64,000 bases of DNA from an uncultured Chloroflexia bacterium. Its GTDB lineage: Bacteria > Chloroflexota > Limnocylindria > Limnocylindrales > CSP1-4. The translations under genes were made by a program, and so were the position numbers. Position 1 is the stretch's first letter; the number at the start of each line of letters is the position of its first letter. The stretch covers positions 1,579,095 to 1,643,094 of the forward strand of contig CAVTAW010000001.1 of NCBI GenBank assembly GCA_963732805.1, written 5' to 3'. This document shows positions 9,533-20,141 of this stretch, piece after piece. Below the pieces are notes generated by a model. That model had not been told where the DNA came from. It was given only the letters and a program-made list of their open reading frames with translations, and made no database searches.

Positions 9533-10088
9533 ATGACTCGTGCACCGCCCCGACCGGAGGAGATCTTGGACGATCTGAACACGCTCTCGGCCTCGAACCT
9601 CGGACTCATCGTCGTGGTCCTGGGCGTGGTCTGCGTGCTCTTGCTGCTCGCGCTCGCGATCCTGGCGCGGCGGGTCGGCCGCATCGATCGGCGCCTCTCC
9701 GGCATGACCCGTGGTGCGGACGGCACGGACCTGTCCGAGATCCTGGAGGCCCACCTGGACAAGGTGTACGCGGTCGCGCGGGACCTGGACGAGGTGGCCC
9801 GGCGGACGACGGCGCTCGAGGCCGCCCAGCCGCGCGCCTTCCAACGGATCGGGCTGGTGCGCTTCAACCCGTTCGAGGACACCGGCGGCAACCAGAGCTT
9901 CGCGGTCGCGCTGCTCGATGGGCGGCGGCGACGGGTTCGTGATCAGCAGCCTGCACTCCCGGTCCGGCACGCGGGTCTACGGCAAGGCGGTGGCCGGGGG
10001 CAGGTCGGCCACGGCGCTCTCGGACGAGGAGGCCCAGGCCGTCGGCCTTGCACTGGCCTCCGAAGTGGGTCCCGCCAAGGGGGCGTGA
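9533..10088 (+). pseudogene. DUF4446-family membrane protein, interrupted by one frameshift near 9919-9922
   Basis: The N-part (frame of ORF 9410..10225) reads ...GLVRFNPFEDTGGNQSFAVALLD. The C-part (frame of ORF 9711..10088) reads [22 protein letters not shown]... Removing one G from the GGG run joins them. Confidence 0.7.
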
Positions 10089-10221
10089 CCGGGATGCGGG
10101 CCGTGACACCCAAGCTGGCACGGCCACGCGCGATCGTGGGTGCGTGCCCCCGAAGCCCGCTCCCGCACCAGCATCATCGCTCCTGCCCCGGACCGGGCCA
10201 GGCCAGCGCCAGGGAGCGCGC

Positions 10222-13200
10222 GTGAGGCGCGCCTCGCCTCGCCGGGATGCGGCCCCGCTGGTCCAGATCCCCGTCTGGGGACACCCGGAGCCGACGCCGT
10301 CGGCCGAGGACCCTTCGAAGGACGGGATCGAGGCCCTGCTGCACGGGCTGAACGCGGAGCAGCGTCGCGCGGTGACGCACGGCGACGGCCCCCTGCTCGT
10401 GGTCGCGGGCGCCGGCACCGGCAAGACCCAGGTGATCACCCGGCGTATCGCGTGGCTGATCGCGACCCGCGCGGGCGCGGCCGTCGGAGATCCTCGCCCT
10501 GACGTTCACGGACCAGGCAGCCGACGAGATGCAGGTCCGAGTGGACCAGCTCGTGCCGTACGGCTACACGGACACGGCGATCTCGACGTTCCACGCTTTC
10601 GGCGACCGGCTTGATCCGCGAGTTCGCCCTGGAGCTCGGCCTGCCGACCGACGTCCGGGTGCTCTCGAGGCCGGAGACCGTCGTCTTCCTGCGCGAGCAC
10701 CTGTTCGAGCTCGAGCTCGACGAGTACCGGCCGCTGGGCGACCCGACCCGGTTCCTCGACGCCCTGGCCACCCTGTTCTCGCGAGCCAAGGACGAGGACG
10801 TGTCGCCCGAGGCGTTCCTCGCCCACGCCGCCCGCCTCGGCGAGGAGGCCGGGGCGGCGGTCGCGGCGCTCGACGCGACGGGGACGGCGGGGACGGCGCC
10901 CCCGACGCGGATCGCAATGCGGCAGCAGCGCTCGCCGAGCTGGCGCGCCGACAGGGGGAGCTGGCGCGGGCGTTCGCGCGCTACCAGGCGCTGCTCGCGG
11001 CGAACGGGGCCATCGATTTCGGGGACCAGGTCTCCCTTGCGCTGCGGCTGCTGCGCGAGTCTCCGGCGGCGCGAGAGGTCGTCCAGGAGCGGTTTCGATA
11101 CGTGCTGGTCGACGAGTTCCAGGACACGAACCGTGCGCAGGCGGAGCTCGTCGCGCTGATCGCCCAGCGCCACCGGAACGTGACCGTCGTGGGCGACGAC
11201 GACCAGTCGATCTACAAGTTCCGGGGTGCGGCGATCAGCAACATCCTGGAGTTCCGCGAGCGCTACCGGAACGCGAGGGTCGTGGTCCTCCGCCGCAACT
11301 ACCGGTCGCGTGGTCCCATCCTGGATGCCGCCTACCGGCTGGTCCGCCACAACGACCCGGATCGGCTCGAGGTCCGGGCCGGGATCGTCAAGAGACTGGT
11401 CGCGGAGCGTGGCAGCGAGGACGCGGCCGCTGTCCGGCACGAGGCGTTCGCGACCGGCGCCGAGGAGGCCGACTGGATCGCCGCCGACATCGCGCGCCGC
11501 CTCCGCGACGGGTCGGAGCCGCGGGATGTCGCGATCCTGGTGCGAGCGAACGCCGCCGCCGACCCGGTGCTGCGTTCGCTGAACCTCGAGGGCATCCCGT
11601 GGCGGTTCTCGGGCACCAGCGGCCTCTATTCCCGGCCCGAGGTCCGACTGCTCCTGGCGTTCCTGCGAGCGATCGCGGACCTGTCCTCGTCCGTGGACAT
11701 GTACGCCCTCGCGGCCTCGGAGCTGTACGGCCTGGGCGGCGAGGACCTGGTCGCGATCGTCAACATGGCCCGCCGCCGCAACCGCTCCGTATGGGATGTG
11801 CTCGAGGAGCTTCAGCGCCAGCCGGGCATCCTGCGCCTGTCACCCGAGACGCGCGCCTCGGCGACGCGCAGGCTGGTCGAGGACCTCCGGGCGTATACCG
11901 CGCTCGCGCACGAGCGTCCGGCCGGCGAGGTCCTGTACGCGTTCCTCCAGCGGCACCGGCTGGCTGGAGCGGCTCGCCGCGGCCGAGACGGTCGCCGCCG
12001 AGGAGGCGCTGTCGAACATCGCCCGGTTCTTCGACATCATCCGCGCCCAATCGGCGCTGCTCGCCGACGACCGGGCCCTGTTCGTGGCCCAGCACCTCAA
12101 GACGCTCATCCAGGCCGGCGACGACCCGCCCACCGCGGACATCGACCCCGACGCCAACGCGGTCGCGGTCATGACGGTCCACAAGGCGAAGGGCCTGGAG
12201 TTCCCGGTCGTGTACCTCCCCGGGCTGGTCGACCGGGAGGTTCCCTGCGGCTCGGCCGGCGGGAGCCGCTGCCGCTGCCGCTGGAGCTGGTCCACGAGAC
12301 GCTCCCGGAGGGCGACTACCAGCTCCAGGAGGAGCGGCGGCTGTTCTACGTGGGCATGACCCGGGCACGTGACGAGCTGGTGCTGTCGCACGCCGCGGAC
12401 TACGGGGGTCAGCGGGCCAGGCGCGTTTCCCCATTCGTGCTGGAGGCCCTGGACCTGCCGGTGGCGGCCGGGGCCCCGGGCGCGGGGACCACCGCCGCGA
12501 CGCCGCTGGAGCGGCTCCAGGGGCTGGAGCGGACCGAGGCCGCCAAGCCGGCGGCGCGCGGCCGGGGGCGACGAGCCGCTGACGTTGTCGTTCTACGCGA
12601 TCGACGACTACCTGACCTGCCCGCTCAAGTACAAGTACGCCCACGTGCTGCGCGTCCCGCTCGCGCCGCACCACTCGATCATCTACGGGGCGGCGCTCCA
12701 CGCGGCCGTGTCCGAGTTCCACAAGCGCCACGCTCGCGGCGAGGTGATGGGCGAGGAGGAGCTGTGGGCGGCGTTCGAGCGGCGCGTGGACCAACGAGGG
12801 CTTCCTGTCGCGCGAGCACGAGGAGGCGCGCCGGGCGGCGGGCCGGGCGGCCCTCAGCCGGTTCCGCGACGGAGCAGCTGCGGCCAGGAGCGGTGGTTCC
12901 CGCCTACGTCGAGCGGGACTTCAGCTTCCTGCTCGACGGCGACCGCGTCCGTGGCCGGTTCGACCGCGTGGACATCATTCCGCGCCAGCCCGGTGACCCG
13001 GTGCCGGTGATGGCGGACGACGGGGACCCGGGCGCCGACGTGGTCGAGCCAACCCTGGACCTGTCGCCCGAACGGGTGGTGATCACGGACTACAAGTCGT
13101 CGGACGTGCGTGACCCGGCGAAGGCGCGCCAGCGCGCCAAGGACTCGCTGCAGCTGTCGATCTACGCCATGGGCTACGAGGCGATGACAGGCCGGCTGCC

Positions 13201-13405
13201 GGATGCCGTTGCCCTCCACTTCCTGGAATCGGGCTTGGTCGGGTCGACACCCGGTGGACCGGCCCCGGATCGAGAAGGCCCGCGGCGTCCATCCGCGCCG
13301 CCGCTCGAGGGATCCGGGCCCGAGACTTCGCCGCGCGGCCCGACTACCTCTCGCTGCACCTGGTGTGCGTTCCGGGAGATCTGCCCGTCGAGCGCCGCCC
13401 GCTGA
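10222..13405 (+). pseudogene. UvrD/PcrA-type SF1 helicase with C-terminal PD-(D/E)XK (RecB/Cas4-like, Cys-cluster) nuclease; 11 or more frameshifts as given
   Basis: Conserved segments jump between all three frames: AGAGTGKT (frame 1), [15 protein letters not shown] (2), IREFALELG (0), VLVDEFQDTN..VVGDDDQSIYKFRGA (2), TVHKAKGLEFPVVYLPGL (0), GRFP (1), RLFYVGMTRARDELVLS (2), YLTCPLKYKY (0), VITDYKSSD..LQLSIYA (2), CTWCAFREICP (2). GTG 10222 follows AGGGAG. Confidence 0.8.
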
Positions 13406-13407
13406 TC

Positions 13408-14301
13408 ATGCGTGGGGCGCACGGACCCGTGACGTCGCCGGAGGACCGGTCGGCGATCGCGGCCGTCGTCGATGCGCGACGACCCGGGGCGGTCGTCCTG
13501 GCCGACAATCTCGAGGCGCTGCGGCTGCTGCCGGACGGTTCGGTGGACCTGGTCTACGCCGATCCGCCGTTCGCGACCGGCGGCGCCCGGCGTCTCGCCA
13601 CCATCCGGACCGGCGAGGGAGATGCGGCGCGCCGGGGCTTCGGTGGACGGACCTATCGGTACCGGGTGGTGTCCGAGCTGGCGTGGGACGACGACCTGCC
13701 ACTTGACGCCCACCTCTCGGCGCTGCGCGATCGGCTCGTGGAGACCCACCGGGTGCTCGCCGCGCACGGCTCGCTGTACCTCCACGTCGACTGGCGGACC
13801 GTGCATCACGTACGCCTGCTGCTGGACGAGGTCTTCGGACCCGGCCGGTTCCTCAACGAGATCGTGTGGGCGTACGACTACGGGGGCCGGGCACGCGACC
13901 GCTGGCCGCGCAAGCACGACACGATCCTGTGGTACGCGAAGGGCGATCGGTGGCTGTTCGATCGGGAGGCCATGGACCGCGTGCCGTACATGGCGCCCGG
14001 CCTGGTGGGGCCCGAGAAGGCGGCACGCGGCAAGCTGCCGACCGACGTGTGGTGGATGACGATCGTGCCGCCCGGATCGGCGGACCGCACGGGCTACCCG
14101 ACACAGAAGCCGCTGCGACTCCTGGAGCGCATCGTGGCCGCGTCCAGCCGGCCGGGCGACCTGGTCGTGGACCCGTACGCGGGCAGCGGCACGACGGGCG
14201 TCGCCGCGTCACGGCTCGGGCGGCGCTGGCTGCTGGTTGACCGCAACCCGGAGGCGGTGGAGATCGCCGCCCGCCGCCTCGCTGCGGAGCCGGCCGGGTG
14301 A
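13408..14301 (+). CDS. Beta-class N6-adenine/N4-cytosine DNA methyltransferase (N6_N4_Mtase type); orphan
   Basis: Motif IV VYADPPF precedes motif I DPYAGSGTTG, which is the beta-class order, and TQKPLRLLERIV is present. ATG lies 2 nt after the helicase stop. I see no restriction endonuclease nearby. Confidence 0.85.
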   Translation: MRGAHGPVTSPEDRSAIAAVVDARRPGAVVLADNLEALRLLPDGSVDLVYADPPFATGGARRLATIRTGEGDAARRGFGGRTYRYRVVSELAWDDDLPLDAHLSALRDRLVETHRVLAAHGSLYLHVDWRTVHHVRLLLDEVFGPGRFLNEIVWAYDYGGRARDRWPRKHDTILWYAKGDRWLFDREAMDRVPYMAPGLVGPEKAARGKLPTDVWWMTIVPPGSADRTGYPTQKPLRLLERIVAASSRPGDLVVDPYAGSGTTGVAASRLGRRWLLVDRNPEAVEIAARRLAAEPAG

Positions 14302-14320
14302 GCGGAGAGCCGGCGGCGCC

Positions 14321-15134
14321 GTGACCACGATCACTGCGGTCACGCTCGACTTCGGCAACACGCTGGTCCCGGTCTCCGCGGCCGGGCTCCGCGGCGTGGT
14401 CACGGACACCGCGCACGCCATGGCCGAGCGCCTCGGCCCGTTCGACGTGGACCTCGCTCCTCCGCACCTGGGACGAGGAACGGGCCCGGCAGTTCCGGGA
14501 GGAGGTGCCGCGGTTTCGCGAGGTCGACCTGTCGCAGCGCCTGGTGCGGATCCTCGCCCGGATGCGGGGCATGTCGCCGCCCCCCGATGACACACCCTGG
14601 GACGACGCGGCGGCGGCAGAGCTGAGCCGGCCCGACGAGGTCGAGTGGGCGGTCGACGTCTACTCCCGGGCGTTCGTCCGGGCACTGCCGCCGGCGCCGG
14701 ACGCGAGCGCCCTCATCGAGCGGCTGTCCGCAGGCTACCGGCTGGCGATCCTGTCCAACTGGCCGCTGGCGGCGACCATCGACCGCTACGTCGAGGCCGC
14801 CGGATGGGCCCGGCACCTGGCCGCGGTCATCGTCTCCCAGCGGGTCGGCGTCGTGAAGCCCCATCCGGCCATCTTCGCCGCCGCCGCGCGAGCGCTGGGG
14901 GATCCGCCGCCCGCCGAGGTCCTCCACGTCGGCGATGACTGGGTGGCAGACGTCGTCGGTGCCCGGCGCGCCGGCTGGCGCGCCGCCTACCTGGCGGGCC
15001 GTCCCGGCGACTCGCCGCTGCCCGGCAGCCAGCGCGACGACACGGTCGCACCGGACCTGGAGCTGGCGACGCTCGCGGACCTGGAGCCGGGTCTCGAGCG
15101 GCTTCGGCGGTCCTCGGGCGGCGACGCTGGGTAG
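14321..15134 (+). pseudogene. HAD-superfamily hydrolase, one frameshift near 14440-14470
   Basis: Motif I ITAVTLDFGNTL lies in the frame of ORF 14237..14590. The rest (LAILSNWP, VGVVKPHPAIF, HVGDDWVADVVGARRAG) lies in the frame of ORF 14505..15134. Confidence 0.7.
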
Positions 15135-15145
15135 ACTCGGGTGCG

Positions 15146-15520
15146 ATGGAGCTTCGTGACCGCGCCGCCAACCTGGGCCTGCTGGCGGCGGCCGTCGTCT
15201 CGTGGTTCCTGGTCGCCATCCTCGTCACCACCCGCGATCCCTACCAGGACGCGATGGCCGGTTACGTCGGGGCGCTGCTCATCGGCCTCGCGGTCGGCAT
15301 CAGCGCGATGCCCCTGTTCTGGCTGCTGGTGTTCGCGCGTCACCGGCGGATCGCCTACCAGGGCGACTGGTTCCGGGCGGTGCGGCGAGGTGGATGGGTC
15401 GGCCTGTTCGTCGGGGTGCTCGTGATCCTGCGCCTCGTCGATGCCTTCCAGCTCGCGATCGTCCTGTTCCTCGCCGCCATCTTCGTCGTTGCCGAGATCA
15501 CCCTCTCGGCCGAGCGCTAG
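15146..15520 (+). CDS. Hypothetical small integral membrane protein (4 TM)
   Basis: 124 aa with four hydrophobic stretches. TAGACT (15132-15137) lies 8 nt before the ATG, so it is probably leaderless. Confidence 0.55.
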   Translation: MELRDRAANLGLLAAAVVSWFLVAILVTTRDPYQDAMAGYVGALLIGLAVGISAMPLFWLLVFARHRRIAYQGDWFRAVRRGGWVGLFVGVLVILRLVDAFQLAIVLFLAAIFVVAEITLSAER

Positions 15521-15531
15521 GAGCCAGCCCC

Positions 15532-16741
15532 GTGATCGAGCCGCTCACCACCGTTCGCCCCTCCGAGCCGCATCGCAGACCTCAAGGAGCGCGTCGCGGA
15601 GGCCATCCAGGCGGCCCGCGACGAGATCCTCGACCTGTCCCACCGCATCCACGCCAATCCGGAGCCTGCCTTCGAGGAGCACCAGGCGGCCGCCTGGGTC
15701 GCGGAGGCCGTCGCGCGTCATGGCTACGCGGTCGAGCATCCCGTGGGCAGCCTTGCGACCGCGGTCCGGGGTCGCATCACCGGCGATCTCGGCCCCGACG
15801 GCCCGAGGATCGGCGTCCTGGCCGAATATGACGCGCTGCCCGGGCTGGGCCACGGCTGCGGCCACAACACCATGGCGTCGTCGGGTGTCGGCGCGGCCAT
15901 CGCGCTGGCCGCCGTGCGCGATGCCTGGGCAGGCGAGATCGTGTTCCTCGGGACGCCGGCCGAGGAGCGGGGCAGCGGCAAGGAGATCATGATCCGCGAC
16001 GGCCTGTTCGACGGCCTCGATGCCGCGCTCCTGTTCCATCCCTGCGATCGCAATCACGTCGAGATCGCGCCGCTCGCCTCGGAGGATGTCTCGGTGGTGT
16101 TCACCGGCCTCCAGTCTCACGCGGCGTCCGAACCGTGGGCCGGCAGGAACGCCCTGGATGCCATGATCGCGCTGTTCGTGTCCGTGGGGCTGTGGCGGCA
16201 GCAGCTGCCCACCCATTGCCGGGTGCACGGGATCATCCAGGAGGGCGGGACCGCCGCCAACATCATCCCGTCGCGCACCCGGGCCTGGTTCATGATCCGG
16301 AGCGCCGACCAGGCGTACTACGAGGTGATGAAGACGCGCTTCCGGCAGCTGTGCGAGGCCGCGGCACTTGCCGCGGACGTGATGGTCGAGGTGGAGTTCT
16401 CGGGCGGCGCGACGACGATGAAGCACAATCGCACGCTCGCTGCTCGGTGGGTGGCCAACGCCGAGGCGTACGGCATCGCCGACCAGGGCCTCGACCCGGC
16501 GTCGGGATCCACGGACATGGCCAACGTCTCGTGGGTCGTACCCGCGATCCACCCCGAGCTCGCCATCACCGACGTGCCCACGCCCGGTCACTCGACGGAG
16601 TTTCGCGATGCGGCCGCACGGCCGAGAGCGGACCGCACGGTGCTGCTGGCCGCGACGCTCGTCGCGCAGACGGCCGTCGACCTCCTGTGCGACCCGGAGC
16701 TGGTCAAGGCGGCCTGGTCGGAGTTTCGCGGCGAGGGGTAG
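15532..16741 (+). CDS. M20-family amidohydrolase/peptidase (AbgB-like); N-terminus frameshifted in the C-run 15558-15561
   Basis: The body is in the frame of ORF 15743..16741 and extends upstream through IADLKERVAEAIQAARDEILDLSHRIHANPEPAFEE. That frame has no start codon after the TGA at 15533. GTG 15532 follows AGGAG but is in the +1 frame. Deleting one C gives MIEPLTTVRPPSRIADLKERV... Confidence 0.75.
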
Positions 16742-16942
16742 GGCGGCCGGCCCGGTGCAGCCCGGCGCCGCTGCGTGGCCCGCATGGCCCCGCGGGGGAT
16801 GCTGTCGGCGTGGCAGCCGGGTTAGGATTCGCCGCGGCGCGCCCCGCTGGACGGTGGACCCGAACCGGCGGCGCCCAGGCTGAAGGCGACACCACCGCAG
16901 CCAGCCGCCAGCGCGGCCGCTGTGCGTCGCCGGAGGAGCATC

Positions 16943-18014
16943 GTGGCCGAGCGTCCCCATCGACCGGGCGACGTCGACTTCGCGGCGCGCAACGGCTGGG
17001 ACCGCGAGTACGAGACGTACGACGACTATGACCTGCCCACCTACGTCGGGCTGCCGACGTTCCAGAAGCTCCCATGGGTGCCGGACCCATCGGATCTGCG
17101 GGCACGCAACGTCGACGTGGCGATCGTCGGGGCGCCATTCGACGACGCGGTGAGCCACCGTCCGGGGGCCCGCTTCGGGCCCCGGGCGATCCGCGAGGCG
17201 CAGTACACGAGCGGCTCGATCCACTCGCTCCAGCTGGGGGTCGAGCCGTTCGAGGTGCTCAACGTCGTGGACGCCGGGGACGCCAACATCATCCCCGCCT
17301 GGATCGACCGCGCCCACGCGCTGATCTACCGCAAGGTCCACGAGGTCGCGGCCACGGGCGCCATCCCGATCGTGCTCGGCGGCGACCACTCCATCACCTG
17401 GCCGTCCGCCACGGCCGTGGCCGAGGTCCGGCGCCCGGCGAGCATCGGCATCGTCCACTTCGATGCCCACGCGGACACGGCCAACGACGACTGGGGGGTG
17501 CTGGCGGGTCACGGGACGCCGATGCGGCGGCTGATCGAGTCGGGCGCGGTCAAGGGCCGCAACTTCGTGCAGGTGGGCCTGCGCGGCTACTGGCCACCGG
17601 TCGAGACGTTCGAGTGGATGCAGGAGCAGGGCCTGCGCTGGCACCTGATGCGCGAGATCGAGGAGCGGGGCGCCGAGGCCGTGATCGACGACGCGATCGC
17701 GGAAGCGCTCGACGGGCCGGACGCGATCTACATCTCGGTCGACATCGACGTCATCGACCCCGGGATCGCGCCCGGCACCGGGACACCCGAGCCGGGCGGC
17801 ATGCTGCCGCGCGAGGTCCTGCGCGCCGTCCGGCGGATCGCGGGTGCCGTGGAGATCGCGGGCATGGACGTGGTCGAGGTCTCGCCGCCGTACGATCACG
17901 CCGAGGTCACGGCGATGGCCGCGAACCGCGTGGCGCTGGAGCTGATCTCGGCGCCTGGCGGCGAAGCGGCTGGCCGGTCACCCGGTGCGTTTCGAGGGGG
18001 CGACCGGCTCGTGA
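16943..18014 (+). CDS. speB: Agmatinase/ureohydrolase family protein (SpeB-like); natural stop probably TGA 18012-18014 after a 1-nt frame correction near 17954
   Basis: Ureohydrolase motifs are present: LGGDHSIT, VHFDAHADT, SVDIDVIDP, GMDVVEVSP. As given it reads through into the next gene as the 633-aa ORF 16922..18823. The alternative frame gives the tail LAAKRLAGHPVRFEGATGS-stop. The GTG 16943 start follows GGAGGA. Confidence 0.7.
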
Positions 18015-18823
18015 CGGTCGAGACGGCGTCCCAGGCGCTCGCCCGCCTGTACGACCTGGACCTCGCGGACGACCCGGGCGATCTCGATCTGTACCTGGCC
18101 CTCGCCGCGCGGACCGGCGGTCCCGTTCTGGAGCTCGCGGCGGGCAGCGGCCGGCTCACGGTCCCGCTCGCGGCCGCCGGCCACGAGATCACGGGCGTGG
18201 ATCTCGATCCCGCCATGCTGGCCCGCGCGAGGTCGGCCACCGAGGCGGCGGGTCTGGACGCGGCCAGCCGGGACGCGGCCGGCCGGGACATGATCGAGCG
18301 GATCCGCCTCGTCCAGGGCGACGCCCGGTCCATCCGGCTGCCCGAGGCTGGTCGGTTCCGACTTGCGTTCATCCCGCTCAACTCGATCTTCCTGCTGGCG
18401 TCGCGGCCGGACCAGGCCGCGGCCGTGGCAACGCTTGCCGCCCATCTCGCTCCCGGCGGGCTGGCCGTGATCGACGCCTGGCTGCCCGACGCGGAGGACC
18501 TCGCCCGGTACGACGGGCGCCTGGTGCTGGAGTGGGTCCGCGAGGACCCCGCGACCGGCCGGACCGTGGTCAAGACCGGCAGCGCCGCCTATGACCCGGT
18601 CGCGGGCATCGTGCGCCTGACCACGATCTTCGATGAGGGCCGGCCGGGCGAACCGGCCGGTCGCTGGGTGCGCACGGACCGGTTGCGCCTGGCCTCGCCG
18701 GACGAGCTGGTGGGGTACGCCGAGGCCGCTGGCCTCGAGGTGGAGACGCTCGGGGGCGACTACGACCTCGCGCCCCTCGAGCCGGGTGCCGAGCGCGTGA
18801 TCCTGGTGGCGCGCAGGACCTGA
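18011..18823 (+). CDS. Class I SAM-dependent methyltransferase
   Basis: Motif I VLELAAGSGRLTVPLAAAGHEITGVDLD and a post-I acidic loop are present. GTG 18011 overlaps the candidate agmatinase stop (GTGA). It is in the same frame as the fused 633-aa ORF. Confidence 0.65.
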   Translation: MTVETASQALARLYDLDLADDPGDLDLYLALAARTGGPVLELAAGSGRLTVPLAAAGHEITGVDLDPAMLARARSATEAAGLDAASRDAAGRDMIERIRLVQGDARSIRLPEAGRFRLAFIPLNSIFLLASRPDQAAAVATLAAHLAPGGLAVIDAWLPDAEDLARYDGRLVLEWVREDPATGRTVVKTGSAAYDPVAGIVRLTTIFDEGRPGEPAGRWVRTDRLRLASPDELVGYAEAAGLEVETLGGDYDLAPLEPGAERVILVARRT

Positions 18824-18996
18824 CGTCGGCCGGCGCCGATCGGCCCGCGCGGATCGGCCTGCGTCGCTCGGCGGGCGTCGATCGCCGCAGCGGCGGAAGC
18901 GACGCGCCGGCGCGAGGCAATGCCCCATGCGGCGGCCGAACATGGGACCTCCGGGTGACGGGGTCCCCGTGCAGGCCCCGTGGTAGAGTCGGGCCG

Positions 18997-20137
18997 ATGT
19001 CGGACCAGCTCCGCCTCCTCGTCGTCGAGGACGTCCCCCAGGTTGCCCAGTACATTCGCGGGCTGCTCAACTCGCAGGCCACGATCAAGCTGCTGGACGT
19101 CGTCAACGACGGGTCGCGGGCGATCGGACTGCTGTCCGAGCTGCGGCCCGACGTGGTCATCGTGGACGCGCTGCTCCAGGGCCGGCTCAAGGGCATGGCG
19201 CTGGTGCAGAAGCTCCACGAGTCGGGCAACCCGGTGCCGGTGATCGTGCTGACCGTGCCCCAGCAGCCCGTGGTGCCCGATCCGGAGCACGGGATCGACG
19301 GCGTGCTGTCGATGCCGTTCACCGGCTACGAGCTCGTCACCCGCGTCCAGAAGGTCCACCAGGAATCCACGGTCGCGGAGGCCGCGGGATCGGCGCGGAT
19401 GATCACGGTGTTCGCACCCAAAGGTGGCGTGGGCAAGACGACCGTCGCGTTCAACCTCGCGGTCGCGGCCGGCCAGCTCGGCTCCCGGACGGTGCTCATC
19501 GACGGCAGCCTCCAGTTCGGCGACATGCGGGCGCTGCTCAAGGTGCCGATCGACGCACCCTCGCTGCTCGACCTGCCGACCGACCGCATCCAGGAGTCCG
19601 ACCTGCACGACGTGCTGTGGCGCGACCCGTCGGGAATCGACATCCTGCTGGCTCCCCCGCGGGTCGAGATGGCCGAGATGGTCACCGTCCGCGACCTGGA
19701 GAAGACCCTGTCGCTGCTGCGGCGCGTGTACGAGGTGGTGGTCGTCGACACCCCGGCCGTCGTCAATGACATCAACCTCGCGTTCCTCGACGCGGCGGAC
19801 GTGATCCTCGAGGTCGTGACCTTCGACTCGACGACGATCCACAGCACGATGGTGATGGCCGACGCGTTTCGCATGATCGGGTACGCCCCGACCAAGGTTC
19901 ACTACCTCATCAACCGCGCCGAATTCGACCGGCGGCTTCGATCCCGAGGTGCTGACACGCGCCCTCGGCCGGGTGCCCGAGCACAGCGTGGCGTCGGGCG
20001 GTGCCCTGGTCGTCCGCGCCAACAACGAGGGCATCCCGTTCGTGCTCGCGGACCCCTCGGCCCAGATCAGCCAGGACATCGCCCGGGCGGCCGCGGAGCT
20101 GATGGGGCGCAGCGCGGCAGTCGCGGGCCGCCGCTAG
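18997..20137 (+). pseudogene. Response-regulator receiver fused to ParA/MinD-type (CpaE/TadZ-like) ATPase; one frameshift near 19929
   Basis: The REC domain reads LRLLVVEDV...DVVIVDALL. The deviant Walker A is APKGGVGKTT. The C-terminal 63 aa are in the frame of ORF 19949..20137 (GGFDPEVLTRALGRVPEHSV...). The junction aligns with the paralog at 60583. Confidence 0.75.
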
Positions 20138-20141
20138 CGAG

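Noticed and set aside
10529-13405. A 958-aa ORF that could be taken as an intact helicase gene.
   Set aside because: Only some stretches of this frame carry helicase motifs. Other conserved motifs lie in the other two frames. The frame stays open through the GC-rich off-frame sequence by chance.
13408-15134. A restriction-modification system around the methyltransferase.
   Set aside because: The downstream gene is a HAD hydrolase and the upstream gene is a UvrD-type repair helicase-nuclease. No ORF has endonuclease (other than RecB-like) or specificity-subunit features.
19921-19926. GAATTC (EcoRI) sites coincide with two frameshift junctions (19921-19926 and 38431-38436), raising the idea of cloning or assembly junctions or inserted foreign DNA.
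   Set aside because: In both cases GAATTC encodes an in-frame Glu-Phe within otherwise continuous conserved protein sequence. The frame change maps to the adjacent CC or C5 run, not to the hexamer, so this is most likely coincidence.
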